DNA of 62,457 nt, filler included, from Chiloscyllium plagiosum (Eukaryota), in the NCBI RefSeq assembly GCF_004010195.1. It is 3 parts of one record of this genome, joined end to end, with 100 filler letters (N's around TTAATTAATTAA, not from the genome) between each part and the next. Parts side by side here need not be neighbours in the genome. Positions count along the whole stretch, not along the records: positions 23,545 to 45,435 come from NC_057715.1; positions 45,536 to 62,457 come from NC_057715.1; 1 more part is not named here. The stretch is one strand, 5' to 3'. A model generated the notes under the pieces. The model was given only the letters and a program-made list of their open reading frames with translations, did no database searches and was not told the origin of the DNA. The stretch's first letter is position 1, and the number at the start of each line of letters is the position of its first letter. Positions 38,346 to 51,529 of the stretch are shown piece by piece. A program made the translations under genes and the position numbers.

Positions 38346-40050
38346 TATAGAACATAGAACGATACAGCGCAGAAGAGGCCCTTCTGCCCTCGTTGTTGTG
38401 CTGAACATTTGTCCTAGCTTAAGCACCTATCCATGTACCTATCCAATTGCCGCTTAAAGGTCACCAATGATTCTGACTCTGCCACTCCCACAGGCAGCGC
38501 ATTCCATGCCCCCACCACTCTCTGGGTAAAGAACCTACCCCTGACATCCCCCCTATACCTTCCACCCTTCACCTTAAATTTATGTCCCCTTGTAACACTC
38601 TTGTACCCGGGGAAAAAGTCTCTGACTGTCTACTCTATCTATTCCCCTGATCATCTTATAAACCTCTATCAAGTCACCCCTCATCCTTCGCCATTCCAAT
38701 GAGAAAAGGCCTAGCACTCTCAACCTATCCTCGTACGACCTATTCTCCATTCCAGGCAACATCCTGATAAATCTCCTCTGCACCCTCTCCAAAAGCTTCC
38801 AAATCTTTCCTAAAATGAGGCGACCAGAACTGCACACTTACTCCAAATGTGGCCTTACCAAGGTCCTATACAGCTGCAACATCACCTCATGACTCTTGAA
38901 TTCAATCCCTCTGCTAATGAACGCTAATACACCATAGGCCTTCTTACAAGTTCTATCCACCTGAGTGGCAACTTTGAAAGAGCTATGAACATCGACCCCC
39001 AGAATCCCTCTGCTTCTCCACCTTACTAAGAACCCTACCGTTAACCCTGTATTCCCCGCATTCTTATTTGTCCTTCCAAAATGGACAACCTCACACTTGA
39101 CAGGGTTGAACTCCATCTGCCACTCCTCAGCCCAGCTCTGTATCATATCTAAGTCCCTTTGCAGCCGACAACAGCCCTCCTCACTATCCACAACTCCACC
39201 AATCTTCGTATAGTCTGCAAATTTACTGACCCACCCTTCGACTCCCTCTTCCAAGTCATTAATAAACATTACAGACAGCAGAGGACCCAGAACTGATCTC
39301 TGTGGAACTCCACTTGTAACTGGGCTCCAGGCTGAATATTTACCATCTACCACCACTCCCTGACTTTGACCGGTTCGCCAGTTCTCTATCCAACTGGCCA
39401 AATTTCCCACTATCCCATCCCTCCTAACTTCCGCATAAGCCCACCATGGGGAACCTTATCAAATGCCTTACTAAAATCCATGTACACTACATCCACTGCT
39501 CTACCCTCATCCATATGCTTGGTCACCTCCTCAAAGAATTCAATAAGACTTGTAAGGCAAGACCTACCCCTCACAAATCCGTGCTGGTTGTCCCTAATCA
39601 AGCAGTGTCTTTCCAGATACTCATAAATCCTATCCCTCAGTACCCTTTCCATTACTTTGCCTACCACCGAAGTAAGACTAACTGGCCTGTAATTCCCGGG
39701 GTTATCCCTATTCCCTTTTTTGAACAGGGGCACAACGTTCGCCACTCTCCAGTCCCCTGGTACTACCCCCGTTGACAGTGCAGACGAAAAGATCATTGCC
39801 AATGGCTCTGCAATTTCCTCTCTTGCTTCCCACATAATCCTAGGATATATCCCGTCAGGTCCGGGGGAGTTGTCTATCCTCAAGTTTTTCAAAATGCCCA
39901 ACACATCTTCCTTCCTAACAAGTATCTCCTTTAGCTTACCAGTCTCCCTCCTGGCTATCCTGTATCCCTCCAATGCTCTGTCTGAACCTTGTTTCCTCAA
40001 CCTTATGTAAGCCTCCTTCTTCCTCTTTACAAGACATTCAACCTCCCTCG
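38346..40050 (-). mobile_element. CR1-type LINE, RT domain to 3' tail
   Basis: ORFs 39410-40000, 38838-39410 and 38580-38837 carry SPGPDGI, NYRPVSLTS, DFSKAFD and SKFAD. Confidence 0.95.
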
Positions 40051-40559
40051 TCTATCTCCTCCTTAAAGTTATTCAGTGTCCTTGAGTCCACCTCACTCTG
40101 GAGTAGTGAATTTCACAGATTCATGACCCTTTGAGAGGAATAAATTCTTCCTCATGCGTGTTTTAAATCTGCCACTCCTGTGTAAAACCACGAGTGAGCA
40201 GCACTTAACAAAATAAAATAAGCTTTGACCATAGTGGAGGGGTTGGAGTGGTTTGCTGGTGCCTGTGAGAGCAGGGGTCTAACAGTACAGTTATTGAGAA
40301 GCATGAGTGTGGGGCAGGTTGTTTTGACATGGGGTGGGATTACGGAAGGGATTTTTGCAACTGTTATCAAGGTGAAACCAGTAGGTTGGGGCACTAAAAA
40401 CCATCTAAATGTATAATTTGTTGAGTTGTGGCATTATTATCTGTCTGCTGGCTGACTTGTGCACTTGTCTTCCAGCTCAGATCATTTTTATAAACTGTGG
40501 AGATTCCCAGATCAATCTCCCACAGGATAGCTTAGAAATATAGGACCACAACCCATCTG

Positions 40560-40800
40560 TTAAGGATGATGTTCTGAAAGAAATCAAGAACCAGGGGACA
40601 CAGATTTAGTGATATGCAAAATAAGCAAATGCAGGTTGAGGAAAAACTTCTTATCACTCAGCAGGTGGTTAGGATATGGAATGCACTGCCTGGAAATGTT
40701 GTGAAGACAAGTTCAGTGGAAGTATTCAGGAGTGCACTGGATGGATATTTAAATAGAACAATGTGCAGAGTTACTGGGACTAAGCAAGAGATTGGCAATT
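40560..40800 (+). mobile_element. Decayed CR1 3' fragment
   Basis: TQQVVRIWNALPGNVV. Confidence 0.75.
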
Positions 40801-42559
40801 AGACATGGTGCTCATTCTGCCAAAGAGTACCACAAAATTATTCTGTTTACATTTCTGTATTATTTCCTTCAAATATTATACGATGCAGTGTATTAAGTAG
40901 TGCTTCAGTGTATTGGCTCTTGTATCAGCTCTGTTTGTTGTCGAAACTCTCAATAAATTATTTGAATGAATATGAAGGAAGTGAACTGAAAGCCAAGTTA
41001 TTTCCCACAAAGCATTTGCAGTGAGTGACTGAATCAAATTTCAGAATACATGGTCAGAATTGTAAGTCTGAAATGATTATGACTATAGCAGCAGTAGTAT
41101 AAATCACATTATATAGAGAGATCATGGCGCAATTCAGTTTCTAGAGGGGTTCATTTCTGTTTTTAAAACTTAGCCACATTAGTCTACTTTATTCTATTCC
41201 TCTCCATTTAAGATATATTACTGCTGCGCAAGAAGGTTAGGCTATTTTTGAGTTATGTTCTGAATTTATTTCTGTTCTTTTGCCCACACATTCTTCAACC
41301 ATGCCTCGAATAACAGGGTGGTGTGAAAGTTGACTTGATGCAGACATAGAAGTTGAAAGGGGTGCAGCTGAGCCTGAGATGGTTAAGACCATGAATTCCC
41401 AACTAATCTTTATTTAAATGACTGTCCAGACACACAGCCATCAAGCAATCAGACTTACTGTCTGACTGAGAGCAAAAGCTAGGCTATAGAAGTGATCCCT
41501 GTCAGGCAGTTAGAGGGAAATCCTCAGGCTGAAATCAGGAAAGGGAACAGGGTAAGACTGAAGGCACAAGCAGGCAGGACAAGGAGCTAGGCTGTGATCA
41601 GGGCATGGCGGCTGCTCATGGCCAGAGTCTGAAGGGGCAGACAAGTCTGCTGTTGGTCACAGTTGGAGGTGGGGGTATTTGAGAGTATGAAATGTACAGG
41701 GAGCCTTGATGGCCACATGATGTAGGGAGGTGAGGTGGAAGATTGGGTGAGGCTGCTGATGTCCACAAACAGAGAAATGTTTGAAGGTTTCCTGAGAAGC
41801 CAGGGAGTGGACACCTGATTCATCTACTTTCAAGAAACTAAAATCAAGCTGATCTATGCTTACATGGACATGACATTTTTGATTTGATTTATTATTGCCT
41901 TATATACCGATATACGGTGAAAAATATTGTTTTGCGTGTTATCCAGACCAATGATACCTTACATTAGTGTATCAGGGTAAAAGAATAGAATGTAAAATAC
42001 AATATTATAGCTACAGAGAAGGTGCAACAAAAGATTAATTCTAATATGTAAGATCAGTTCATAAGTTTCATAACAACAGAAAAGCTGTTCTTTATTCTCT
42101 ATGATACAAGCACAGAAATGGGCCATTTGGCTCAACCAGTCATTGCTGGTACTTATGCTCCATTCAAATCTATCCCCATAACCCCCTATTCCATCTCTCT
42201 CATACTCCTGTCCAACTTCCCCTTAACTGCATTGGCTATTCACTTCAATAACTTCTGTGGTAGTGAGTTTGATGTTCTCACTCCTTTTTGGTAAAAAAAA
42301 AATTCTATTGATATCCCTCTAAAATTTTGAGGTGACTGGCATATACAGGTATTGATTGCCTGTAGGTATGCCCTGTCCATATTATCATAGTGTCTACTTT
42401 GTCAAAACCTCTCATTGGAGGGAGTTCACAGAAAATTTACTGTTCTGATACCACGAACATGTGGACTGTGTCTGAGGAAAGGATGGACAAACTAAGCTTG
42501 TACCCATTGGATTCTGGAAGAGAGTAAAAGCCAACTTGATTGAAGCATGTCAGATCCTG

Positions 42560-42660
42560 AGGAGGAAAACTCTGGAAAAGCACAGCAGTTCAGGCAGCAT
42601 CCGAGGAGCAGTAAAATCGACGTTTCAGGTAAAAGCCCTTCATCAGCACCACTAATCCAG
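42560..42660 (-). mobile_element. PLE terminal fragment with hammerhead motif
   Basis: Minus strand CTGATGAAGGGCTTTTACCTGAAACGTC, with a mismatch in helix II. Same family as 15730-15855 and 62101-62457. Confidence 0.75.
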
Positions 42661-45196
42661 ATCCTGAGAAGTCTTGACAAGGTAAATATGTTGCAAAGTC
42701 TGCTGATTCTCAATCCCCACTACTCCCAGGGTCACTACAAAACTTAATGATCTAATCATAGAAAGCAAAGTCCTAGATTATCTGTCTGATGGACTGAAGT
42801 GAAAAAAAAACTTCAAAAGGTTCCTGTACTGACCAAGAAATTCTATTCTTTACAAATAAGTAAATCATAATCACAAATCGAGAACTATGAACTAACAAGA
42901 TTTGGCTCAACTGGTTCTAATTTCCTTTTTAAAAGCTCTACGTACAGACAACAAAACCTTTGGTTTTATAGATGGAGGGAAAGGAACAAGCTGGGAAACA
43001 CAGTTAAATAGCACCAATCCATAGGTTTCATTGTGATGTTCCTCTTGGTTTGGTCAGGCTCTCAGGTATTCAATCTCATTTCTCCAAGCCCTTTCACTTT
43101 GCAGGTATCAAAGAGCAATTTGTGTAGTAGCTACAAAGTATCCTAGTTCCTATTTAAATATAACAACTTGCAGCTATTGGTGGGAGAAAATAACTGGCTT
43201 TCTTCAGGCTTCAGCCATTTTACAACAGGGAGAGGAACACACAACCTGCTCTTACAGTAGACCAAAGGTTTCTTCTTGTATCGTTCACACTCACAGCTGT
43301 TTAGCAGCCTGAGAAACAGAGAGCTGGCATCATGTTGATGACCTTTGGCATCCATGATTGGTTTGTGCAATCATGACCAGTCAGCAACTGTTGCTGTGCC
43401 ATGTACAAACATCCCACACTGCTTGAACAAAGCAGCAGTGGAAACACCACACACAATATGTTTCAATAACTTATGTTTAAAAGTGCAGCAATTCAATCCA
43501 CAGTTTTAATACAGTCCTTTCCATTCTTGAGTCATCGAGTCATACAACACAGAAACAGACCCTTCGGTCCAACCAATCCACGCCGAATGTAATCCCAATC
43601 CAAACTATTCCTACCTGCCTGCTCCTGGCCCATATTCCTCCGAACCATTCCTAATTCATGTACTTATCCAAGTGTCTTTTAAATGTGATACTTGTACAAA
43701 TGTCCACAGTTCACAGATGTTTCCTCTTATGGGAGAATACAGAGATAGGAGTTACTGTTCAAACATTCATAAAGTCAGGAAGTATGGGATACAGGGAGAT
43801 TTGGCTATCTGGATTCAGAATTAGCTGGCTGGCAGAAGGCAGAGAGTGGTTGTAGATGGAAAGATGGCAAATGGAGTTCAATGTAGCTAAGTGTGAGGTG
43901 ATTCACTTTGGTAAGAGTAATAAAAAGATGGGGTACTGGGCTAATGGTCAGATACTTGGTAGTGTGGATGAGCAGAGGGATCTTGGTGTCCATGTACACA
44001 AATCTTTGAAAGTTGCCACCCAGGTAAATAATGCGGTGAGGAAGGCATATGGCGTACTGGCTTTTATTAGTAGAGGAATTGAGTTCCGGAGTCCTGAGGT
44101 CATGATGCAGTTGTATAAAACTCTGGTGCGGCCGCATCTGGAATATTGTGTGCAGTTTTGGTCGCCATACTATAGGAAGGATGTGGAGGCACTGGAACGG
44201 GTGCAGAGGAGGTTTACCAGGATGTTGCCTGGTATGGAAGGAAAACCGTATGAGGAAAGACTGAGGCACTTGGGGCTGTTTTCACTAGCCAGTAGCAGTG
44301 GTGGACTCTCCCTCATTATGGGCATTTAAGCGGGCATTGGATAGGCATATGGAGGATAGTGGGCTAGTGTAGGTTAGGTGGGCTTGGATCGGCGCAACAT
44401 CGAGGGCTGAAGGGCCTGTACTGCACTGTATTCTTCTATGTTCTATGTTCTATGCCTGGAGGTCAGTGTTGAGTGGGGTTCCCACAGGGCTATGTTCTTT
44501 ATGGTTTTTATAAATGACTTGGATGAGTAGGGTTGAGGGGTGAGTTAGTAAATTTGCAGATGACACAAAGGTTGGAGGTGTTGTCGATAGTATAGAGGGC
44601 TACTGCAGGCTGCAGCGCGACATAGGATGCAGAGCTAGGGCTGAGAAATGGCAAATGGAGTTCAACCTGGACAAATGCAAAGTGATGCATTTTGGAAGGT
44701 CTAACTTGAATGCTGAATATAGGATTAAAGACAGGATTCTTGGCGGTGTGGAGGAACAGAGGGATCTGCGTGTGCAAGTACATTGAGGGATCAAAGTTGC
44801 CACCCAAGTGGATAGGGTTGTTAAGAAAGCATATCGTGTTTTGGCTTTCATTAACAGGGGGATCGAGTTTAAGACCTGTGAGGTTTTGCTGCAGCTCTCC
44901 AAGTCCCTGGTGAGGCCACACTTGGAAAATTGTGTCCAGTTCTGGTCGCCCTACTATAGGAAAGATACAGAGACTTTGGAGAGGGTGCAAAGAAGGTTTA
45001 CCAGGGTGCTGCCTGGACTGGAGGGCTTGCCTTATGAAGAAAGGTTGAATAAGCTCGGACTTTTCTTTCCAGAGAGAAGGAGGAAGAGAGGAGACCTGAT
45101 CGAGGTGTACAAAATAATGTGTTGAATAGGCAATAGGTGCAGGAGTAGGCCATTCTGCCCTTCAAGCCTGCACCACCATTCATTATGATTTTTTTT

Positions 45197-45435
45197 TAGA
45201 TTAGATTAGATTACAGTGTGGAAACAGGCCCTTCGGCCCAACAAGTCCACACCGACCCGCCGAAGCAAAACCCACCCATACCCCTACATTTACCCCTTAC
45301 CTAACACTACGGACAATTTAGTATGGCCAATTCACCTGACCCTGCACATCTTTGGACTGTAGGAGGAAACCGGAGCACCCGGAGGAAACCCACGCAGACA
45401 CGGGGAGAACGTGCAAACTCCACACAGTCAGTCGC
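45197..45435 (-). mobile_element. HE1/V-SINE-type SINE, cut by the gap
   Basis: Reverse-complement V core and a (taatc)n tail. Confidence 0.9.
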
Positions 45436-45535
45436 NNNNNNNNNNNNNNNNNNNNNNNNNNNNNNNNNNNNNNNNNNNNTTAATTAATTAANNNNNNNNN
45501 NNNNNNNNNNNNNNNNNNNNNNNNNNNNNNNNNNN
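45436..45535. other. Assembly gap with artificial TTAATTAATTAA spacer
   Basis: 44 N, 12-mer, 44 N. Confidence 0.95.
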
Positions 45536-46364
45536 GGCTATTGAGGGAGTGCTGCGTAGGTTCACGAGGTCAATTCCTGGAATGGCGGGATTACCTTACG
45601 CTGAAAGACTGGAGCGATTGGGCTTGTATACCCTTGAGTTTCGAAGATTGAGAGGGGATCTGATTGAGACATATAAGATTATTAAGGGATTGGACATTCT
45701 GGAGGCAGGAAACATGTTTCCGCTGATGGGTGAGTACCGAACCTGAGGACACAGCTTAAAAATACGGGGTAGATCATTTAGGACAGAGATGAGGAGAAAC
45801 TTGTTCACCCAGAGAGTGGTGGCTGTGTGGAATGCTCTGCCCCAGAGGGCAGTGGAGGCCCAGTCTCTGGATTCATTTAAGAAAGAGTTGGATAGAGCTC
45901 TCAAAGATAGTGGAATCAAGGGTTATGGAGATAAGGCAGGAACAGGATACTGATTAGGAATGATCATCCATGATTATATTGAATGGCGGTGCAGGCTCGA
46001 AGGGCTGAATGGCCTACTCCTGCACCTATTGTCTATTGTCTATTGTCTATTGTCACCTTCAACACCTCTGGACTAATCTCAAAACTCCATGTCCACATTT
46101 ATGTCCACAGAGTGTTACAAGGGGACATAAATTTAAGGTGAAGGGTGGTAGGTATAGGGGAGATGTCTTTACCCAGAGAGTGGTGGGGGCATGGAATGCG
46201 CTGCCTGTGGGAGTGGTAGAGTCAGAATCATTGGTGACCTTTAAGCGGCAAGTGGATAGGTACATGGATGGGTGCTTAAGCTAGGACAAATGTTCGGTAC
46301 AATATCGTGGGCCGAAGGGCCTGTTCTGTGCTGTATTGTTCTATATTCTATGTTCTATGTTCCA

Positions 46365-47420
46365 TGATCTACGTCTCGGCTCAGCCCGCTGGAAACTGGA
46401 TCCTCAGCTTCCTGACCCGCAGACCGCAATCAGTGAAGAGAGAAAACTGCACTTTCTCCACAATAACACTCAACATTGCAGCCCCAACCCCTCCCCCCCC
46501 ACCAACGCCCAGGGATACATGCTCAGCCCACTATTGTACTGTTTGTAAACCCACAACTGTGTTGCCAAATTCCGAATGAACACCATCTATTGTTTCGCTG
46601 ACAACATCACTGTTGTAGGACGGATGTCTAACAACAATGAGTGAAAATACGGAAGTGAGATAGAGGGCTTGAAGACATGATGCAATAAAAGCAAGTCTCA
46701 ACATCAGCAAAATGAAAGAACTGACCATTGATTTTAGAAAAAAAGGAGAGCATGTCCCCAGCTACATCAATGAAACTGAGCTCGAAAGGGTGGAGATCCT
46801 CAAGTTCCTCAGAGTGACAATAACTGACAACCTGTCCTGGTCTTCCCATGTAGTTGTGTTGGTGAAGAAGGCACAACAACATCTTCTTCCTCAGGCGGCT
46901 CAGGAAATTTAGCATGTCCGTAAGAACCCTCTCCAACGTCTACAGATGCCCAATTGAAAACATACTCTCCAGGTCCAAAACGGCCTGGTATGGCAACTGC
47001 TCCGCCCAGGATCATAGGAAACTACAGAGGGTGTGCAGAGCTCAGGCCATCATGGGAGCCAACCTTCCATCCATGGGCTCCATTTGCATGGTTCACTGCC
47101 ATGGAAAGGCTGCCAACATTATCAAACACTCTTCATATTCCAGTAAAGCTCTCCTATAACCTCTTCCATCAGGCAGAAGATACAGAAGCCTGAACACTTC
47201 AGGGACAGCTTCTTCCCGGCTGTTATCAGACTATCAATTGGACTCTCTAGCCTCAAATAATGCTGATCTTGCTAATGTTGATCTCTTTTGTATGCCCTGT
47301 GCAATGTTACCTATATGTCTCCATCTAAAACCTTTGTTCTCTACATCCTTGTTTACTATGATCTGCCTGCACTGCTTTTCACCATACTTTAGTACTCATG
47401 ACAGTAAATAAATCAATTAA
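46365..47420 (+). mobile_element. Rex1/Babar-like LINE, RT to 3' end, decayed
   Basis: NWILSFLTRRPQSV, QG.MLSPLLY, FAD.ITVVG, KELTIDFRK and KFL.VTITDNLSW, ending in an aataaatcaat tail. Confidence 0.8.
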
Positions 47421-47649
47421 TTATTGTTTAGGAGAAGAATTTTTCAAGTTTCTCATCCCTGTGCCTTAAAATCCATGCAAACCAAATAATAATTTTATCA
47501 TAGGGAAGGTGAAAAATCACACAAAGCCAGATTAGACTCTAACAGGTTTATTTGGAGGCACTAGCTTTAGCAGCGCTGTTTCTTCATCAGTTGGTTGTGG
47601 ATCAGAATCATAAGACAGAATTTATAGCAACAAGATTACAATATCATGG

Positions 47650-47962
47650 AATTAGATTAGATTCTCTACAGTGTGGAAACAGGCCCTTCAGCCCAACGAG
47701 TCCACACCGCCCCTCCGAAGAGAAACCCACCCAAACTCCTAACCTATATTTACCCCTGACTAACACACCGAACACTACGGGCAATTTAGCATGGCCAATT
47801 CACCTAACCTGCACATCTTTGGATTATGGGAGGAAACCAGAGCACCCGGAGGAAACCCATGCAGACACAGGGAGAACGTGCAAACTCCACACAGACAGGC
47901 AGGAATTGAACCCAGGACCCTGGTGCGGTGAGGCAGCAATGCTAACCACTGAGCCACTGTGT
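47650..47962 (-). mobile_element. HE1/V-SINE-type SINE nested in the PLE
   Basis: Full head and core on the minus strand. Confidence 0.9.
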
Positions 47963-48482
47963 AATATTAAACAAATTTAGCCGAAGTCTTTCTTCTTTTA
48001 GAATGATCATGTTAGTTCCGGTTCCTTCAAATGTAAATCCCAGAATTTTTTTTAAAGTTACATTCTCAAATAGCTATACCAATAGGTGCCATCTCAGCTC
48101 AGATAATGCATTCAAGGTGTGAGGTTAAATTCTGTCTGTGTCCCAATGTTAGGTCAGACAGATTCTATTTCTAAAGTGGAAATTACAGAATCTTACATGG
48201 ATTTATGCAGTTTTTGAGCAAAATAAAATGTAATTCTGCAAGTACAAATTCACCCCACAAACTTATATGTGTGCGCGTGCAGGGCAGATTGAGTGAGTGT
48301 GTGCATGTGGGGGTGTGAATGGCTGTGAGAGAATGTGTATATGTGCATGTGTGTGAGTGTAATGGGGTATACGTCTGTTAGAGGGTGTATGTATGGGTGT
48401 GAATGTAATAGGGTATAAGTCTGTGAGAGAGTGAGTGTGTGGGTGTGAGTGTGGAGGATGCATGTCTGAGCATCTGAGAGGG

Positions 48483-49247
48483 CACTTGATTGAGTTTTTT
48501 GAAGAAGTAACAAAGAGGATTGATGAGGGCAGAGCGGCAGATGTGATCTATATGGACTTCAGTGAGGCGTTTGACAAGGTTCCCCATGGGAGACNNNNNN
48601 NNNNNNNNNNNNNNNNNNNNNNNNNNNNNNNNNNNNNNNNNNNNNNNNNNNNNNNNNNNNNNNNNNNNNNNNNNNNNNNNNNNNNNNNNNNNNNNNNNNN
48701 NNNNNNNNNNNNNNNNNNNNNNNNNNNNGTGTCCTTCCTATCGGAAAGATGTTGTGAAACTTGAAAGGGTTCAGAAAAGATTTACAAGGATGTTGCCAGG
48801 ATTGGAGGATTTGAGCTATAGGAGGAAGCTGAACAGGCTGGGGTTGTTTTCCCTGGATCACCGGAGGCTGAAGGGTGACCTTATAGAGGTTTACAAAATT
48901 ATGAGGGGCATGGAGAGGGTAAATAAGCAAAGTCTTTCCCCTGGGGTCGTGGAGTCCAGAACTAGAGGGCATAGGTTTAGGGTGAGAGGGGAAAGATATA
49001 AAAGAGACCGACGGGACAACTTTTTCACACAGAGGTTGGTACGTGTATGGAATGAGCTGCCAGAGGAAGTGGTGGAGGCTGGTACAATTGCAACATTTAA
49101 GAGGCATTTGGATGGGTATTTGAATAGGAAGGGTTTGGAGGGATATGGGCCGGGTGATGGCAGGTTGGACTAGATTGCAGTTGAGATATCTCGTCGGCAT
49201 GGACGGGTTGGACCGAAAGGTCTGTTTCCATGCTCTATATGACTCTA
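48483..49247 (+). mobile_element. CR1 LINE nested in the PLE microsatellite; spans gap 48595-48728
   Basis: LIEFFEEVTK..DFSEAFDKVPH before the gap; VWNELPEEVV and tail after it. Confidence 0.9.
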
Positions 49248-49305
49248 GTGAATGTGTGTGTGTGTGTGTGTATGTACTGCAGTGGGGTCATAGGGTCACC
49301 TGTAG

Positions 49306-50761
49306 TGTTTAGTGTCACCACTCTTCACCTTAAAACACAGAATAAACGAAAACATTGAATATAAAAGCAATAAAATAAAAAAAAAGAAATAAAGTTCAAC
49401 TTTACAGTCTTTCTTGTTAAGTGCTCAGCCATGGACCTGGAGTGGTCAAGTTAGGGATCCTATTGCTGCGCCGCCAGATCAAAAGTCACCACACCCCATT
49501 GCTTTGACTTTCAATGTTTACAATATCAGACTGCTGGCTTCAAGGTCCCAATTGAGACCATCACCATGGGCACCAATCTTGGCTATCATCCTCTTCTTGG
49601 CTATTTTACGTTGTTGTCTGTCCCAAAGCCCAGACCGTTGAAGTGTTCCCCGACTGGGAAGGAACACGCCTGTCTGGTAAATGTTGTGCGGTGTCCATTC
49701 GTCGTTGCCGTAACCTCTGCTGAGTCTCGGCAATTTATCATGCCTCAGGGCATAGCACCTCCAAATCATCATAGACTAGCCAATCCTTTGTAAAATGAAA
49801 ATGCAAAGGGTATACAAGGAAATGATGAAGCCTCAAGGATTAAAGTGAGAAAGCTTACAATTTACAGTCTGACACACTTTTTTACCAAGATTTAAAAGGA
49901 ATGGGTTGTGAATGAACATGTATATGTGCAAATGAGACTGTAATTATCTGCCTTCATGTTATCAGAACATACAATAGTGAGGAAAAAGCATTTTATTTTG
50001 TATATCTAAGTACTGTTACTTTCTATTTTAAAACATAGAGTTTTGCTCATTGTAAATGTCAGCAGTATTTCTTGGAGATCTTTCCAAATATATTTGGTTA
50101 TAACAAAGGCTGATCACAGAAAAAGTTCCTGAGTATAATTGGTTCTGGATACTAATGTACTTATCAGATTAGTGTCACATGAAACCAAGTGTGAATAGTA
50201 CATTTACATGGAAGCAGAATAGGAAAAGGGTTCTTGGGCAGTCACTTAGCTTGTATTGAGTGCCTCCTCAGAGCAATAGTATTGCTATTGGTGACTTGTC
50301 ACCTATATTACATTCAAGAAAACTGTTCTTATTATTTTTTAAAAATGGATTCTCTTTAAACTAAATTATGTTTGACATTTATAGTGCTAGGCCAAAGATA
50401 ATAGCTTTTAAGATTTTTTTGTGATAGAACAATAAACTAGAGTTGACTTCAAATATGATTTTGCCATAATCAACCTTATTCAAGCTATTGCCTCTGTAAG
50501 TCACTTTCCCACTGAGAAACATTTGAATCCAGCAATCTGAGATTGTAAACATTGACAGTCAAAGCAATGGGGTGTGGTGACTTTTGATCTGGTGGCGCAG
50601 CAAAAGGATCCCTAACTTGACCACCCCAGGTCCATGGCTGAGCACTTAACAAGAAAGACTGTAAAGTTGAACTTTATTTCTTTTTGTTTTATTTTACTGC
50701 TTTTATATTCCATGTTTTTGTTTATTCTGTGTTTTAAGGTGAAGAGTGGTGACACGAAACA
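49306..50761. repeat. Inverted repeat, arms ~238 bp (49306-49543 and 50523-50761)
   Basis: For example aaagttcaactttacagtctttcttgttaagtgctcagccatggacctgg is the exact reverse complement of ccaggtccatggctgagcacttaacaagaaagactgtaaagttgaacttt. Confidence 0.95.
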
Positions 50762-51529
50762 ACACTTTTCACTGTATTTTGTAACAAAATACTTGTGACA
50801 ATAAATAAAGTAAATAAATCAAAATCAAATAAATATGGCATTTTCCATAATTGAAGGCAACTGCTTTCTGCACTTGCATTTCACATCTTGTACAATTGAC
50901 AGAAACTATGCACAGCTTGCCTCAAGCCGGAATAACTGAATAACTAGTAAGATGCTTTGAGTTCTGTCTAATTACAGTTTAACATTTACTATCAAATATG
51001 ATCATTTTAGTAAAGTCTCATAATGACTATGAAGCAATGCAAATAAACCTTTGTCAAGAACCCTTTTTAATGAGGAATGGTCTCTGTGAGTGGAAACACT
51101 CCTTTTAATATTTTTCAATATTTTTCTGGTACTCTGTGAAAGCATAAATGTGTAATAATGATGGATAACTAGAAACCTATAGTATTGTTTTCTGTTCCAC
51201 TTCAATGAGCACACAAGATAGGAACATGTTCTTGACTGCTGACTAATTTAAGGAAGATCATGGCAGTGCAGTTTGTCACTGGGGTGCATTTTCCACTTTC
51301 AAAGTTTGTTAGTGATAACTTTTTATTCTTTGGCGAGTTAGAATGCCCAGACGATCAGATGTTCAAAGATGAAGAATAACATTCCAGACTCCTCTCAGTG
51401 ACATATTGAAGTAAAACTTTCCACCACCTCCACTTTTATTAATTGGCTCATTAATTAGACAAATAGAACCAGCCTGGAACAAGTGTAAGCTGTAATATAA
51501 TGGGAATAAGATATTGATGTCTCTCTCTG

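Larger units (their letters stand above)
43530..46362. mobile_element. Cluster of CR1 LINE fragments: 43530-43700 (-), 43765-44452 (+), 44453-45120 (+), 45120-45190 (-), 45536-46055 (+), 46087-46362 (+)
   Basis: Repeated [27 protein letters not shown] and QRVV..WNALP motifs, with ttctatg and tctattg tails. Confidence 0.9.
47507..49772 (-). mobile_element. Penelope-like element with nested SINE, CR1 and templated insert
   Basis: Colinear with 4049-5070: terminus, TG-rich tract 48265-48480, and GIY-YIG end at 49545-49750. Ends with a short + strand terminus cacctccaaatcat. Confidence 0.85.

Noticed and set aside
43085..43110. Pyrimidine tract plus CAG|GTATCA as a possible recursive splice site or exon (similar at about 18240 and 37810)
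   Set aside because: Weak donor match, no glypican-like frame follows, and such motifs are expected by chance in 53 kb.
48435..49200. ORFs spanning X runs
   Set aside because: Artefacts of reading through the 134-N gap inside a CR1 copy.
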